Below are positions 1 through 9,443 of a stretch of DNA of 64,000 nt, in pieces; the stretch's first letter is position 1; each line of letters begins with the position of its first letter. This DNA comes from an uncultured Actinomycetes bacterium. GTDB taxonomy: Bacteria > Actinomycetota > Thermoleophilia > Gaiellales > Gaiellaceae. The notes under the pieces were generated by a model that was not told the DNA's origin, ran no database searches, and saw only the letters and a program-made list of their open reading frames with translations. The stretch is from the NCBI GenBank assembly GCA_963775625.1, contig CAVZJM010000005.1, forward strand, positions 971 through 64,970. The letters are read 5' to 3'. A program made the position numbers and the translations under genes.

Positions 1-13
1 CGCGGCTGAATCG

Positions 14-688
14 CTAGTTCATGACGTCGACGAGCTTGACCACGAACTGCGTCGTGTCGGGCGCGGCGATGAGGGTTACCTCCTCGCCCACCTCGATCTC
101 GATCGTTGCCTCGCCGTCTTCGAACATGCCCTGGACGACCCCGATCGTGGCGCCCTCGAGCGTGAGCGCGACGAGCGTGAACGTCGGGTCGGAGGCCGGA
201 AACTCCTCGCCGACCGAGACGGTTTCCGAGACGCCGTTGATCTCGAGGACCGCCGTCAGCTCCTCGTCCTGGCCGCCTCCGCCTCCCCCTGTCGTCGGGG
301 TCGGAGTCGTCGGGCTCGGGCTCGGGGTCGGAGTCGGAGTCGGGATCGAGGTCGGATTGGGCGAGAGGAACGGATCGCGCCCGGTGAAGCGGCTGAAGGA
401 GATGAGCTTCTCCGGGTTCGCCTCGGGCGGGACGTTCGTGTCCGCGAGCACGCCGTCGGGTGTCTCGGCCGGGGCAGCACCCGTGGGGGGAACGGTCCCC
501 GTCGGGGCGGTCGTCGTCACAGGCGTGGCCTCGGGCGGAGTCGAGCCGCCGAAGAGCGTGTTGAACATCTTCGGGCCCTGCCAGACGGCGAGGCCGAGGA
601 AGATGGGCACGAGGACGAGGAGAAGCTTCTTCTGCTTGGCCTCCTTGGCCTTCAGCATCGCCTCTGCCCTGCGCTTCGCGGAGGCCAT
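14..688 (-). CDS. pilus-operon membrane protein of unknown family (TM anchor, Pro/Thr-rich linker, C-terminal beta-rich domain)
   Basis: ORF 14..688 begins 3 nt after the pilO stop. It has a basic N-terminus followed by the hydrophobic helix LLLVLVPIFLGLAVW, then a PTPTPTPSPSPTTPTPTT linker. I recognise no named motif. Confidence 0.5.
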   Translation of the reverse strand: MASAKRRAEAMLKAKEAKQKKLLLVLVPIFLGLAVWQGPKMFNTLFGGSTPPEATPVTTTAPTGTVPPTGAAPAETPDGVLADTNVPPEANPEKLISFSRFTGRDPFLSPNPTSIPTPTPTPSPSPTTPTPTTGGGGGGQDEELTAVLEINGVSETVSVGEEFPASDPTFTLVALTLEGATIGVVQGMFEDGEATIEIEVGEEVTLIAAPDTTQFVVKLVDVMN

Positions 689-690
689 GG

Positions 691-1356
691 CTACGGCACC
701 TGCGCCGCGGGGTCGCCCTCGGGCGCGGTCGTCGTGGGCGTCGTGGTCGTCGCCGAGGTGTCCGTCGTCGCGGGCGCCGCCGGCGCGGCGGGAGGCGTGG
801 TCGAGTAGTAGAACGCGGTCACGGTCAGAGACGCCGCGATCTCGGGAAAGCCGCCCGGCCCCTCCGCCATGCTCAGCGTGTCGAGGGAGTAGAGGCGCCC
901 GTCTGCCGCGAGCTCGCCGTCGCGCACGCTCACGAGGTTCCGCAGGCGGAAGAGGAAGTCGGTCAGGTCGTAGTAGTTGCCCTCGAAGGCCAGGTTGATG
1001 GGGAGCGCGGTGTAGCTCGACCTCAGGGCCGCGGACTGCGGCGCGATCGAGACGAACTCGATGCCGGAGGCCGCCGCGACGGCGTTGAGCTCGAGGAGGA
1101 TCCCGGGCATGTCGTCGTCGTCGGGCATCGCCTTCGTGACCTTGAAGACGTCGGCGACCTCGATGGCGGACTCGTCGCCCTGCGGCTGCCGCTGTGCGGC
1201 CATGGCGACCGCGACCTGGGTCTCGAGCGTCGCGATCTCATCGCTCAGCCGGCCGGCAGCGTCCTGCTTCGGCTTGATCAGCAGGAAGTAGCCCACCAGC
1301 GCGAGGATCAGGAGGCCCGGGACGACGAGGGCGACGGCGGGAATCTGCCGCTTCAC
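691..1356 (-). CDS. pilO: type IV pilus assembly protein PilO-like
   Basis: N-terminal TM helix (AVALVVPGLLILALVGYFLL), then a coiled-coil segment and a globular domain. It sits in pilM-pilN-pilO order and its start overlaps the pilN stop. Confidence 0.7.
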   Translation of the reverse strand: MKRQIPAVALVVPGLLILALVGYFLLIKPKQDAAGRLSDEIATLETQVAVAMAAQRQPQGDESAIEVADVFKVTKAMPDDDDMPGILLELNAVAAASGIEFVSIAPQSAALRSSYTALPINLAFEGNYYDLTDFLFRLRNLVSVRDGELAADGRLYSLDTLSMAEGPGGFPEIAASLTVTAFYYSTTPPAAPAAPATTDTSATTTTPTTTAPEGDPAAQVP

Positions 1357-2216
1357 TGGGCCGGCACCCCTTCCGGGGCGATCGTGGCGACGATCGCGAA
1401 GCTGAAGTCCTGGGGATCGCCGCTCGCGGTCGCGCCTTCCGCCGTCGCGTCCGCGCCCCGTGAGCTCGACTGGAGCTGCACGCTCGAGAACTCGGGGATG
1501 ACCTCGAGGCGCGAGAGCAGGACCGCCACGTCCTCCTGGCTCGCCGCGAAGCCGTTCATGGTGAAAGTGCCCTCACCGGACGTCTCGGTGACCACGGCTC
1601 CCGGCGCCGCGGCGACGGCGGAGCTCGACGAGAGCGTCGTCAGCCAGACACCGTCGGGGAGGACGAGCGAGAACTCGCGGAGAATGCGGTCCCAAGCCAC
1701 TCGCGCTGCAAGGGCGTCCGACAGGGCGGCGGTGCGAGCCTGGCCCTCGGCCGTGAGCGTCGCCACGCCGGGCTTCTCGTCCGGAGCGGCCTGCGCAGTG
1801 AGCTCCGCAAGCTGTGCCCGCAGGTCGTCGGCTGCTGCCTGCCGGTCCTGCGCCCGCGCGTCCATGAGCATGTAGGCGCCGGCGAGCCCCGCGAGCACGA
1901 GGATTGCGACGAGCGCCAGCACGACCTTGAGGAACGCCGGCGACGCAGCCGCCTTCTCGCGCTCGCCCTCCTTGGGCATGAGGTCGAACGCCCGCATGAG
2001 CGGGACGGCCGGAGGCGCGGGGGCGGACTTGGGGGAGACTGTCTGCTTGGCCTTCGGCTCCTTGGGAGCCTTGGGCTCTTTCGAGCGCGAGAACGAGAAG
2101 CTCGCGCGCTGCTTCTTCTCCTTCGCCGGCTTCGCCTCGGGGGCTGCGTCCTCGTCGGCAGGGCCCTTCTTCCGGCGGAAGAGGTCGGAGAGCTTGATCT
2201 CCTTGTTCAGGTCCAT
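1353..2216 (-). CDS. pilN: type IV pilus assembly protein PilN-like with a Lys/Pro-rich N-terminal extension
   Basis: The real start is the internal ATG at 2216 (MDLNKEIKLSDLF...); the upstream part of ORF 1353..2675 is an Arg/Ser-rich shadow frame. It has a single TM helix (FLKVVLALVAILVLAGLAGAYML) and lies directly after pilM. Confidence 0.65.
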   Translation of the reverse strand: MDLNKEIKLSDLFRRKKGPADEDAAPEAKPAKEKKQRASFSFSRSKEPKAPKEPKAKQTVSPKSAPAPPAVPLMRAFDLMPKEGEREKAAASPAFLKVVLALVAILVLAGLAGAYMLMDARAQDRQAAADDLRAQLAELTAQAAPDEKPGVATLTAEGQARTAALSDALAARVAWDRILREFSLVLPDGVWLTTLSSSSAVAAAPGAVVTETSGEGTFTMNGFAASQEDVAVLLSRLEVIPEFSSVQLQSSSRGADATAEGATASGDPQDFSFAIVATIAPEGVPAQ

Positions 2217-2265
2217 CAGTGACCCTCCAGGCAATGCGAGCTGGGCTGGATTACCTGAATGGGCA

Positions 2266-3336
2266 CTAGCTCGCCATCCCGAGGCCGATCGGCACGGCGA
2301 ACGCCGGGCTGGGCTCCGAGCCCTTGAGCTTCTTGCCGACCGAGACTCCCGCGAGCGGGTCGCCGACGCGGACCGGGACCCCGACGAGCTGCTGGAGCTC
2401 GCCTGCCAGGCCCGCGAGCTGCGCGGTGCCGCCGGCGAGGACGAGCTCGCGGATCCCGAGCGAGTCGGGCTGGCCCTGGTAGAACTGGAGCGAGGAGACG
2501 AGCTCGCGGCCGAAGGCCTGCAGGCCGGCCCTGAGCGCCTCGCGCGCGCGGACCGCCTGCTCGGGGCCGACGCCCTCGGGCACCCGGTCTCCCTGCAGGC
2601 CGAGCTCGACCTTGATGCGCTCGGCCTCGGCTGCCTCGAGCTCGAGGCCCCGGGCCAGCGCGTCGGTGAGGGCATTGCCGCCCCAGTCGAGCACGCGCGT
2701 GTACTCGCAGCTGAAGCCGTCCGAGACGCCGAGGACGCTGCGCTCGGAGCCGATCGAGACGGCCACGAGCGCGCTGCGATCGGTGCCCCCGCCCGGCTCT
2801 TCGGCGAAGGTGGGCGTCAGGGCGCGGAGGAGAGCGAACGCCTCCAGGTCGATGCCGAGCAGGCGAATGCCGGCGAGCCGGCAAGCCTCCATGTAGTTGG
2901 CGATCAGGTCGCGGTACGAGACGACGAGGAGGACGCGCTTCGACGGCGAGCCGTCGGCGGCGGTCCCTTCGCCGAGGATCTGGAAGTCGAGCACGGCCTC
3001 GTCGATCGGGATCGGGAGCGCCTCCTGTGCGCGGAAGCGCACGGCGTTGGCCAGCTGCTTCGGATCCTCGATCCCCGTGACCTCGATGGTGCGGACGCCG
3101 ACGCGGTTGTTCGCGAGGCCGATCCGGACGTTGCGCTTGGGGAGCTTGTGCTTCCCGAAGAACTCCTTGAGGGCCTCGGCGAGTGCCTCGACCTCACGCA
3201 CCTCGCCGCCGGCGATCATGCCGGGCGGCAGCGGCGCGCCGGCGAGCTGCACGACCTCCACCGAGCCGTTGACGGCGACGCACGCGGCGTTCAGCCGCGA
3301 GGCGCCGAGCTTCAGACCGACGACCTTCTTCGCCAC
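2266..3336 (-). CDS. pilM: type IV pilus assembly protein PilM (actin-like ATPase fold)
   Basis: 356 aa beginning MAKKVVGLKLGASRLNAACV..., with the typical PilM N-terminus and length. It is followed by pilN and pilO. Confidence 0.85.
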   Translation of the reverse strand: MAKKVVGLKLGASRLNAACVAVNGSVEVVQLAGAPLPPGMIAGGEVREVEALAEALKEFFGKHKLPKRNVRIGLANNRVGVRTIEVTGIEDPKQLANAVRFRAQEALPIPIDEAVLDFQILGEGTAADGSPSKRVLLVVSYRDLIANYMEACRLAGIRLLGIDLEAFALLRALTPTFAEEPGGGTDRSALVAVSIGSERSVLGVSDGFSCEYTRVLDWGGNALTDALARGLELEAAEAERIKVELGLQGDRVPEGVGPEQAVRAREALRAGLQAFGRELVSSLQFYQGQPDSLGIRELVLAGGTAQLAGLAGELQQLVGVPVRVGDPLAGVSVGKKLKGSEPSPAFAVPIGLGMAS

Positions 3337-3349
3337 AGCCGCCGGCTCC

Positions 3350-4555
3350 TTAGGCTCCGGCCACCCGCAGGTTTCCGGTCGGGTCGGGGGCGACGAGGCC
3401 GCTGCGCTGGAGCAGGCTCCGGAGCTGATCCGGACGGCTCGAGCGCTGGAGCGCTAGGTCGGCCGTGATCTTCCCGGAGCGGACGAGCTCGAGCATCGCC
3501 TGCTCGAGCGTCTGCATGCCACGGCTCGTGTTGGTCTGCATCACCGAGTAGATCTGCTCCACCTTTGCCTGGCGGATGAGGTTCCGGACGGCGTCGTCCG
3601 GGAGCAGGACCTCCAGCGCCGCGACGCGGCCCTTCCCGTCGGCCGTGGGCAGGAGCGTCTGCGTGACGATCCCCTGGAGCGTCGAGGCGATCTGCACCCT
3701 GATCTGCTCCTGCTGGGCGGCGGGGAAGACGTCGATGAGGCGATCGACCGTCGAGGGCGCGTCCTGCGTGTGCAGCGTGGCGAAGACGAGGTGGCCCGTC
3801 TCGGCGGCGGTCAGCGCGGTCCCGATCGTCTCTAGGTCGCGCATCTCGCCGAGCAGGATCACGTCGGGGTCCTGGCGCAGCGCGCCGCGCAGCGCCTCCG
3901 CGAAGCTCGTCGCGTCGGGCCCGATCTCGCGCTGGTTGACGATGCAGCGCTTGTGCCGGTGGAGGAACTCGATCGGGTCCTCGATGGTCATGATGTGGTC
4001 CTCGCGCGTGCGATTGATCTCGTCGATCACCGCCGCGAGCGTGGTCGACTTGCCCGAGCCGGTCGGGCCCGTGACGAGGACGAGGCCGCGCGGCTTCGTC
4101 GTGAAGTCCTTGAGGACCTGGGGCAGCCCGAGCTGCTCGATCGTCTTCAGCTCGGCGGGGATGAGGCGGAAGGCGGCGCCGAGGCTCTCGCGCTGGAAGT
4201 AGACGTTCACGCGGAAGCGCGCGAGGCCGGGGATCGAGTAGGAGATGTCGATCTGGCGCCTCGTCTCGAAGATCTTCTGCTGCTCGGTGGAGAGGATCCG
4301 GTAGAGCATCCGCTGCGTGTCCTCGGGGCTGAGGCGGGCGAACTCGTCGAGCCGCTCGAGGCGGCCGTTGATACGGATGACGGGCTCCGAGCCGACGGTG
4401 ACGTGCAAGTCGGAGGCGCCGCGCACGACGACCTGCTCGAGCAGGTCGTCGACGGATCCCGCCGTCCTGCGCTCGGGTGCCGCGGGAGCCGCCGCCGCAG
4501 CCTCGGGGCCGGGCTGCGAGACAGGCTCGTGAGTCGGCTGCAACGTCGGTTCCAT
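3350..4555 (-). CDS. pilT: twitching-motility ATPase PilT
   Basis: Walker A GPTGSGKSTT, and motifs IMTIEDPIEF, ILLGEMRDLETI and TGHLVFATLHT of PilT-family secretion ATPases. Confidence 0.9.
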   Translation of the reverse strand: MEPTLQPTHEPVSQPGPEAAAAAPAAPERRTAGSVDDLLEQVVVRGASDLHVTVGSEPVIRINGRLERLDEFARLSPEDTQRMLYRILSTEQQKIFETRRQIDISYSIPGLARFRVNVYFQRESLGAAFRLIPAELKTIEQLGLPQVLKDFTTKPRGLVLVTGPTGSGKSTTLAAVIDEINRTREDHIMTIEDPIEFLHRHKRCIVNQREIGPDATSFAEALRGALRQDPDVILLGEMRDLETIGTALTAAETGHLVFATLHTQDAPSTVDRLIDVFPAAQQEQIRVQIASTLQGIVTQTLLPTADGKGRVAALEVLLPDDAVRNLIRQAKVEQIYSVMQTNTSRGMQTLEQAMLELVRSGKITADLALQRSSRPDQLRSLLQRSGLVAPDPTGNLRVAGA

Positions 4556-4711
4556 GGATCCTCCCGACCGGTGCTATCGGCAGGGAATCCGCATCACTAA
4601 AGGGGTGCGGAAAATCCCCCGAACGAGGGGAAGCGCCGCCGCTTCCGACGGTCGATACCTCCCCCTGAGCCACTGCACGCCTACTGCTTGTTCAAGGAAG
4701 GAGTTCCGCTC

Positions 4712-5104
4712 ATGATTCAGAGGCTCAGGAACCGGATTTCGCGCACGGACTCGGAGGGCGGCTTCACGCTCATCGAGCTCCTTGTCGTGATCATCATCAT
4801 CGGCATCCTGCTCGCGATCGCCATCCCGTCGTACCTCAGCTTCCGCGCCCGCGCGGAGCGGTCGGCGGCCCAGGCGAACGTTCGCGCTTCGATCCCGGGT
4901 GTGGAGGCGTACTACGCCGACCACACTGCGACCGGCTATTCCGGTCTCACGTCGGCCGTCCTGAAGGCTTCGTATGACGCCGGCATCAAGAACGTGAACG
5001 TCGTTCGCGCGACGCCCGCGTCGTACTGCATCCAGAGCATCGTCGGCCAGGCCACGTACAAGAAGGCCGGCCCGGCTGCAGACATCACCTCCGGCGCCTG
5101 CTAG
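4712..5104 (+). CDS. pilA: type IV major pilin (prepilin)
   Basis: Shine-Dalgarno (SD) GAAGGAG lies 8 nt before the ATG at 4712. The protein has a short basic leader, then the G/FTLIELLVVIIIIGILLAIAIP class III signal, and a C-terminal Cys...Cys pair (YCIQ...SGAC). Confidence 0.85.
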   Translation: MIQRLRNRISRTDSEGGFTLIELLVVIIIIGILLAIAIPSYLSFRARAERSAAQANVRASIPGVEAYYADHTATGYSGLTSAVLKASYDAGIKNVNVVRATPASYCIQSIVGQATYKKAGPAADITSGAC

Positions 5105-5123
5105 ACGGGCTTCGGACCGGATC

Positions 5124-5160
5124 GAGAGGAGGCGCGGGAGACCGCGCCTCCTCTCTTTCT
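5124..5160 (+). terminator. intrinsic terminator after pilA
   Basis: Perfect 14-bp stem GAGAGGAGGCGCGG / CCGCGCCTCCTCTC with a GAGA loop, followed by TTTCT. Confidence 0.7.
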
Positions 5161-5206
5161 ACTTCCGGTCAAGCGGCCGCGCAGCGGTGCCGATAGGGAA
5201 CGTGGA

Positions 5207-5758
5207 ATGCAGCAACAGCTGAGACTCCGCGTGCTTGTTCCGATCGCCGTGCTGGGACTGCTCGGCGCGGGCTTCGGCGCGTTCGCCATGGGCGGCCCCG
5301 AAGCGCCGGAGTCGATTCCCGTGGCCCGGCCGACCAGCTCGGGAGCGGTCGACACCGGCGCCACGGAGACGACGCCGGCGCCCACGACCGCGCCCACCGA
5401 GACGACCCCGGCCCCGGCACCGCCCAAGCCGAAGCCGAAGCCCAAGCCGGACAAGCCGTCGCTCGAGCAGGAGCTCGCCGACCATCGGATCGTCGTGGTC
5501 GTCTTCCACACGCCCGGCTCCGACCTCGATGCCGCCGCCGTCCGCGAGGCCCGCGCCGGCGCCAGCGCTGCCGATGCCGGCTACCTCGCAGTCGACGTCA
5601 CGAAGGAAGGGGCCGTCGCCGATCTGGCCGCCGAATACGAGGTGGCCGAGGCGCCCACCGTTTTGGTCGTCATCCGCAGCGGCGAGGCTCGCTCGCGCTT
5701 CAACGGCATCGTCGACCGCCAGACCGTGGCCCAGGCGGTCACGAACGCCTTGAAGTGA
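5207..5758 (+). CDS. membrane-anchored thioredoxin-fold-like protein lacking CxxC
   Basis: N-terminal TM helix, a Pro/Thr/Lys-rich linker (PKPKPKPKP), and a C-terminal ~100 aa with the thioredoxin-like pattern VVVVFH...PTVLVV...G but no Cys. Confidence 0.5.
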   Translation: MQQQLRLRVLVPIAVLGLLGAGFGAFAMGGPEAPESIPVARPTSSGAVDTGATETTPAPTTAPTETTPAPAPPKPKPKPKPDKPSLEQELADHRIVVVVFHTPGSDLDAAAVREARAGASAADAGYLAVDVTKEGAVADLAAEYEVAEAPTVLVVIRSGEARSRFNGIVDRQTVAQAVTNALK

Positions 5759-6009
5759 GCGACGCGGCCGTCGAGCCGCAGGAGCTCGCGCTCCGCTCGG
5801 CCCGCAAGGAGGGCCGCGAGCTCGTCCGCCTGCGCTACGTGGAGGAGCAGGCAGGCTTTCTCGTCGAGTGCGAGGTCTACCCGGTGGGCGGCTTGCGGGT
5901 GGAGCCGCTGCGGCCGGGGCCCTATCGCTTCGGCACGCGCGACGAGGCGGACCTGTTCATCCGCGAGACGATCACGATCCTCGAGTACCTCGGCTGCGAC
6001 GTGACATGA
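5755..6009 (+). CDS. small hypothetical protein
   Basis: The GTG start overlaps the upstream TGA, suggesting translational coupling. Composition is non-shadow-like (EVYPVGGLRVEPL...ETITILEYLGCDV). Confidence 0.4.
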   Translation: MSDAAVEPQELALRSARKEGRELVRLRYVEEQAGFLVECEVYPVGGLRVEPLRPGPYRFGTRDEADLFIRETITILEYLGCDVT

Positions 6010-6135
6010 GCTTCCGCGACGGCCGCGACGAGGCGAATCCCCTCATCGGGGGCTTCCCAAAGCGGCGTCTGCGCCCAAAGTGCGACGGGTAAGCAGTTCC
6101 ACCCACCGTCTTCCACGAATTGAACCGGAGCGCAG

Positions 6136-7362
6136 ATGCCGACGATGAGGACGCTCCAGCGGCGTAACGACGAACGCGGCCAGGTCTTTGTGTTCCTGGT
6201 CGTCATGCTCGTGGTCCTGCTCGGCTGCGCCGCCCTCGTCATCGACGTCGGGCGCGCGTACCTCGCCAAGCGCCACCTGCAGGCCTCCGCCGACGCCGCC
6301 GCCACGGCCGGCGCGCTGGAGCTCCCGGATCCAATCGCAGCGCAGACCTTCGCGACGAACTACAGCGGCCTGGACGGAGCCAAGAACGACAACAACAAGC
6401 TTCCGCCAGTCGCCACGACCGTGACGACGAAGTGTCTCTCGATCGCGCCGTGCAGCCCCGTGAACACGGTTGTGGTGGAGCAGACGACGGTCGTACCGAC
6501 GATTTTCGCCAAGGTGCTCGGCATCGACCAGTTCACGATCAGGGCGAAGGCGACAGCCTGCTCGCCGTGCTCGTCGAAACCGCTCGACATCATGCTGGTC
6601 CTCGACCGGACGGGATCGATGTGCCAGTTCTCGAACGGTTCGAACGATCCCGCGTGTACGGACCTGATCAACGCGAAGAACGGCCTGCTCGAGTTCGTGC
6701 AGTACATGGACCCCGCGATCCACAAGATCGGCCTCGCCGTGTTCCCGCCGAGAACGAGTAGCGGCTCGGCCTGCGCGACGCCGGCGTCGAGCAACTACAA
6801 CTCCACATCTGCTGTCTACACCGTGGTCCCGCTCTCGAACAACTTCAAGGTCGGCAGCAGCCTGAACGAGGGCTCCCAGCTCGTCTCCACGATCCGCTGC
6901 CAGCGCGGAGGCGGCTCGACCGCCTATGCCCACGCGCTCGAGCGGGCCCAGACCGAGCTCCAGAGCCCCCGCGGGCGGCCGGACGTCCAGGACGTGATCG
7001 TCTTCTTCTCGGACGGCGCAGCGAACACCGGGCCCACGTACCTCTCCTCCACCTCGCCCTACCGCACGCGCCCCTGCCGCCAGGGCGTGACCTCGGCGAC
7101 CAACATCAAGGCCACAGGCACGCTGATCTACTCGATCGGCTACGACCTCGATGCCCTGAACGGCGGCGCCAACATCTGCGAGAACGGCGTCACGGGCAAC
7201 CCCGAGTCCCCGGCGATTACGGCCTACTCGGCGATCAGCCAGATCGCGACGAACTCCAGCACGTTCTTCAACCGCCCGAACCCCGGCGACCTGACGCAGG
7301 TCTACACGCAGATCGCCGCGGAGATCGGCGGCACCCGCCTCATCCCGGACGACACGCTCTAG
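6136..7362 (+). CDS. TadE/TadG-like N-terminal domain protein with vWA domain
   Basis: The N-terminus RGQVFVFLVVMLVVLLGCAALVIDVGRAYLAKRHLQASADAAA is typical of Flp-pilus TadG-like proteins. A MIDAS-like LDIMLVLDRTGSM motif and the later FFSDGAAN match vWA. Confidence 0.75.
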   Translation: MPTMRTLQRRNDERGQVFVFLVVMLVVLLGCAALVIDVGRAYLAKRHLQASADAAATAGALELPDPIAAQTFATNYSGLDGAKNDNNKLPPVATTVTTKCLSIAPCSPVNTVVVEQTTVVPTIFAKVLGIDQFTIRAKATACSPCSSKPLDIMLVLDRTGSMCQFSNGSNDPACTDLINAKNGLLEFVQYMDPAIHKIGLAVFPPRTSSGSACATPASSNYNSTSAVYTVVPLSNNFKVGSSLNEGSQLVSTIRCQRGGGSTAYAHALERAQTELQSPRGRPDVQDVIVFFSDGAANTGPTYLSSTSPYRTRPCRQGVTSATNIKATGTLIYSIGYDLDALNGGANICENGVTGNPESPAITAYSAISQIATNSSTFFNRPNPGDLTQVYTQIAAEIGGTRLIPDDTL

Positions 7363-7380
7363 CCGCGTCTAGCGGGAGGG

Positions 7381-7515
7381 CTTGGCGGAATGTTGCTCGT
7401 CGCCGGGGTGCGATGGTCGTTCCGAGGCAAGGACGCAGGGAGCGTTCGTAGCCGAGGCTACGGGCGCGACTGAGGACGCAGTCCTCGGGGCGAGCAGCGC
7501 GGCCCGGCGGCACAG
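7381..7515 (+). repeat. structured intergenic repeat, copy 1
   Basis: Near-identical in reverse complement to 41652..41781. Partial copies lie at 31296..31419 and 56974..57017. Contains hairpins CGTAGC-CGAG-GCTACG and GAGGAC-GCA-GTCCTC, and a twice-repeated AGGACGCAG. Confidence 0.7.
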
Positions 7516-7539
7516 CGCACGTTTCGTCGAGCTCTCGCG

Positions 7540-9384
7540 CTAGACGAGCACGCGGGCGAGCTCCTCAAGCGAGGTAAGCCCGGAGATGACCTTGGAGAGC
7601 CCGTCGTCCCACAGGGTCTTCATGCCCGTCTCGAGCGCGGCCCGCTCGAGCTCCTCGCGGCTCGCGTGCTGCGCGGCGAGCCGGCTGATGTCCTCGTTCA
7701 TGACCATCAGCTGGTAGATGCCGATCCGGCCCTTGTAGCCGGTCTGGTTGCACCGCGGGCAACCGCGCTTGCGGTAGAGGGCGACGCCGTCCGCCGAGGC
7801 GGCCTGCTCGGCGCTGAAGCGGGCCTCGAGCATCTCCTCCCGGGTGGCCATGTACATCTCGCAGCAGTGCGTGCAGAGCTTCCGGGCGAGGCGCTGGGCC
7901 AGGACAGCCGTCACCGCCGAGCCCGTGAGGAACGGCTCGACGCCCATCTCGTTCAGGCGGGTGAGCGCGCTCGGAGCGTCGTTCGTGTGCAGAGTCGAGA
8001 GGACGAAGTGGCCCGTCAAGGCCGCCTCGATCGCCATCTTGGCGGTCTCGGCGTCGCGAATCTCTCCCACCATCACGACGTCCGGGTCGGAGCGCAGGAT
8101 CGACCGGAGGGCCGCCGAGAAGGTCATCCCGGCGCGAAGATTGACCTGCACCTGGTTGAGACCGGCTAGCCGGTACTCGACCGGATCCTCGACGGTGATG
8201 ATGTTGATCTCGGGGCGGTTGATCTCGTTGAGCGATGCGTAGAGCGTCGTCGACTTACCGGAGCCGGTCGGCCCGGTGACGAGGAGGGCGCCGGTCGGCT
8301 TGTCGACGATCTCTTCGAAGACGTCCCGCATCTCGTCGGAGAGGCCGAGCTCGGCGAGGGTCGGGGGACGCTTCGACTTGTCGAGGAGGCGCATGACGAC
8401 CCCCTCGCCCTCGACCGTCGGCAGCACGGCGACACGGATGTCGAGCAGCCGACCCGCGGCCTTGGCGTTCAGGGAGATCCGCCCGTCCTGCGGCTTTCGG
8501 CGCTCGGCGATGTCGAGCTTGGCCAGCACCTTCAGGCGCGTCGTGACGCCGGCGGCGAGCCGCCTGGGGATTCGCTGCAGCTCATGCAGGACGCCGTCCA
8601 CCCGGGAGCGGACGACCAGGGCGTCGTCCTGGGGGTCGAAGTGAATGTCGCTCGCCCCGTCCTCGGCCGCCTGGAGGATGATCGAGTTGACGAGGCGGAC
8701 GAGCGGCGCGTCGGAGACCCCGTCGTCGGCCTCGAGGTCGTCACCCTCCTCTTCCTCATCGCCGAGGTCGAACTCCTCCTCGACGAGCGCGGCGCGCTCC
8801 CAGGCCTCGGACGCACGCTCCAGGCGCTTGAGCTCGAGCTCGATCTCCTCCTGGGGGGCGACGCCGATCTCGAGCGTGTAGCGCGTGGCGAGCCGCAGCT
8901 CGTCGATCGCCTGGACGTTGGTCGGGTCGGCGACGGCGATGCGAAGGCGGTCGCCGGCGATCTGATACGGGATCGCCTCTGCGCGTTTGAGCACGTGCGC
9001 CGGGATCGACTCGGCCGCGAGCTTCTGGACGCCCGTCGAGAGGTCGACGTACGGCAGGTGGTGGAGCTCGGCCAGCTCCCGCGCCTCGTTGGTCTCCGCC
9101 TGGGCTCCCGTGCGGGGACCTGGGAGCAGCAGCTCGGAGCTCGCCGTCAGGCCTTCGTCCATGATCGCCTGCGCCAGCGAGCCCGTGCCCGCGCGCGAGC
9201 GCGCCATCGCGAGCCTGTCGAGCGGGACGAGGCCCGTCGTCTCGATCAGGTCTGCGACTAGCTGCGTGATCGCGCTGCCCGAGATGCCCGCACCGGGCGG
9301 GTACTCGGGCTCGACGTTCGGCGGCGACTGCTCGCCCTCGTTCGCGCCGCTCCGTCGCAGCGGTTGAAGCTCGTCGAACTCCAT
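7540..9384 (-). CDS. pilB: type IV pilus assembly ATPase PilB/GspE family
   Basis: 614 aa with Walker A GPTGSGKSTT, motifs ITVEDPVEY and TGHFVLSTLHTNDA, and the C-terminal tetracysteine CTHCC...CPRC. Confidence 0.9.
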   Translation of the reverse strand: MEFDELQPLRRSGANEGEQSPPNVEPEYPPGAGISGSAITQLVADLIETTGLVPLDRLAMARSRAGTGSLAQAIMDEGLTASSELLLPGPRTGAQAETNEARELAELHHLPYVDLSTGVQKLAAESIPAHVLKRAEAIPYQIAGDRLRIAVADPTNVQAIDELRLATRYTLEIGVAPQEEIELELKRLERASEAWERAALVEEEFDLGDEEEEGDDLEADDGVSDAPLVRLVNSIILQAAEDGASDIHFDPQDDALVVRSRVDGVLHELQRIPRRLAAGVTTRLKVLAKLDIAERRKPQDGRISLNAKAAGRLLDIRVAVLPTVEGEGVVMRLLDKSKRPPTLAELGLSDEMRDVFEEIVDKPTGALLVTGPTGSGKSTTLYASLNEINRPEINIITVEDPVEYRLAGLNQVQVNLRAGMTFSAALRSILRSDPDVVMVGEIRDAETAKMAIEAALTGHFVLSTLHTNDAPSALTRLNEMGVEPFLTGSAVTAVLAQRLARKLCTHCCEMYMATREEMLEARFSAEQAASADGVALYRKRGCPRCNQTGYKGRIGIYQLMVMNEDISRLAAQHASREELERAALETGMKTLWDDGLSKVISGLTSLEELARVLV

Positions 9385-9443
9385 CTCAGACGGTTATCGG
9401 CCGCGCGAGCTTGATCCCCAAGAGAGGGGATGGGACCTGCTCT

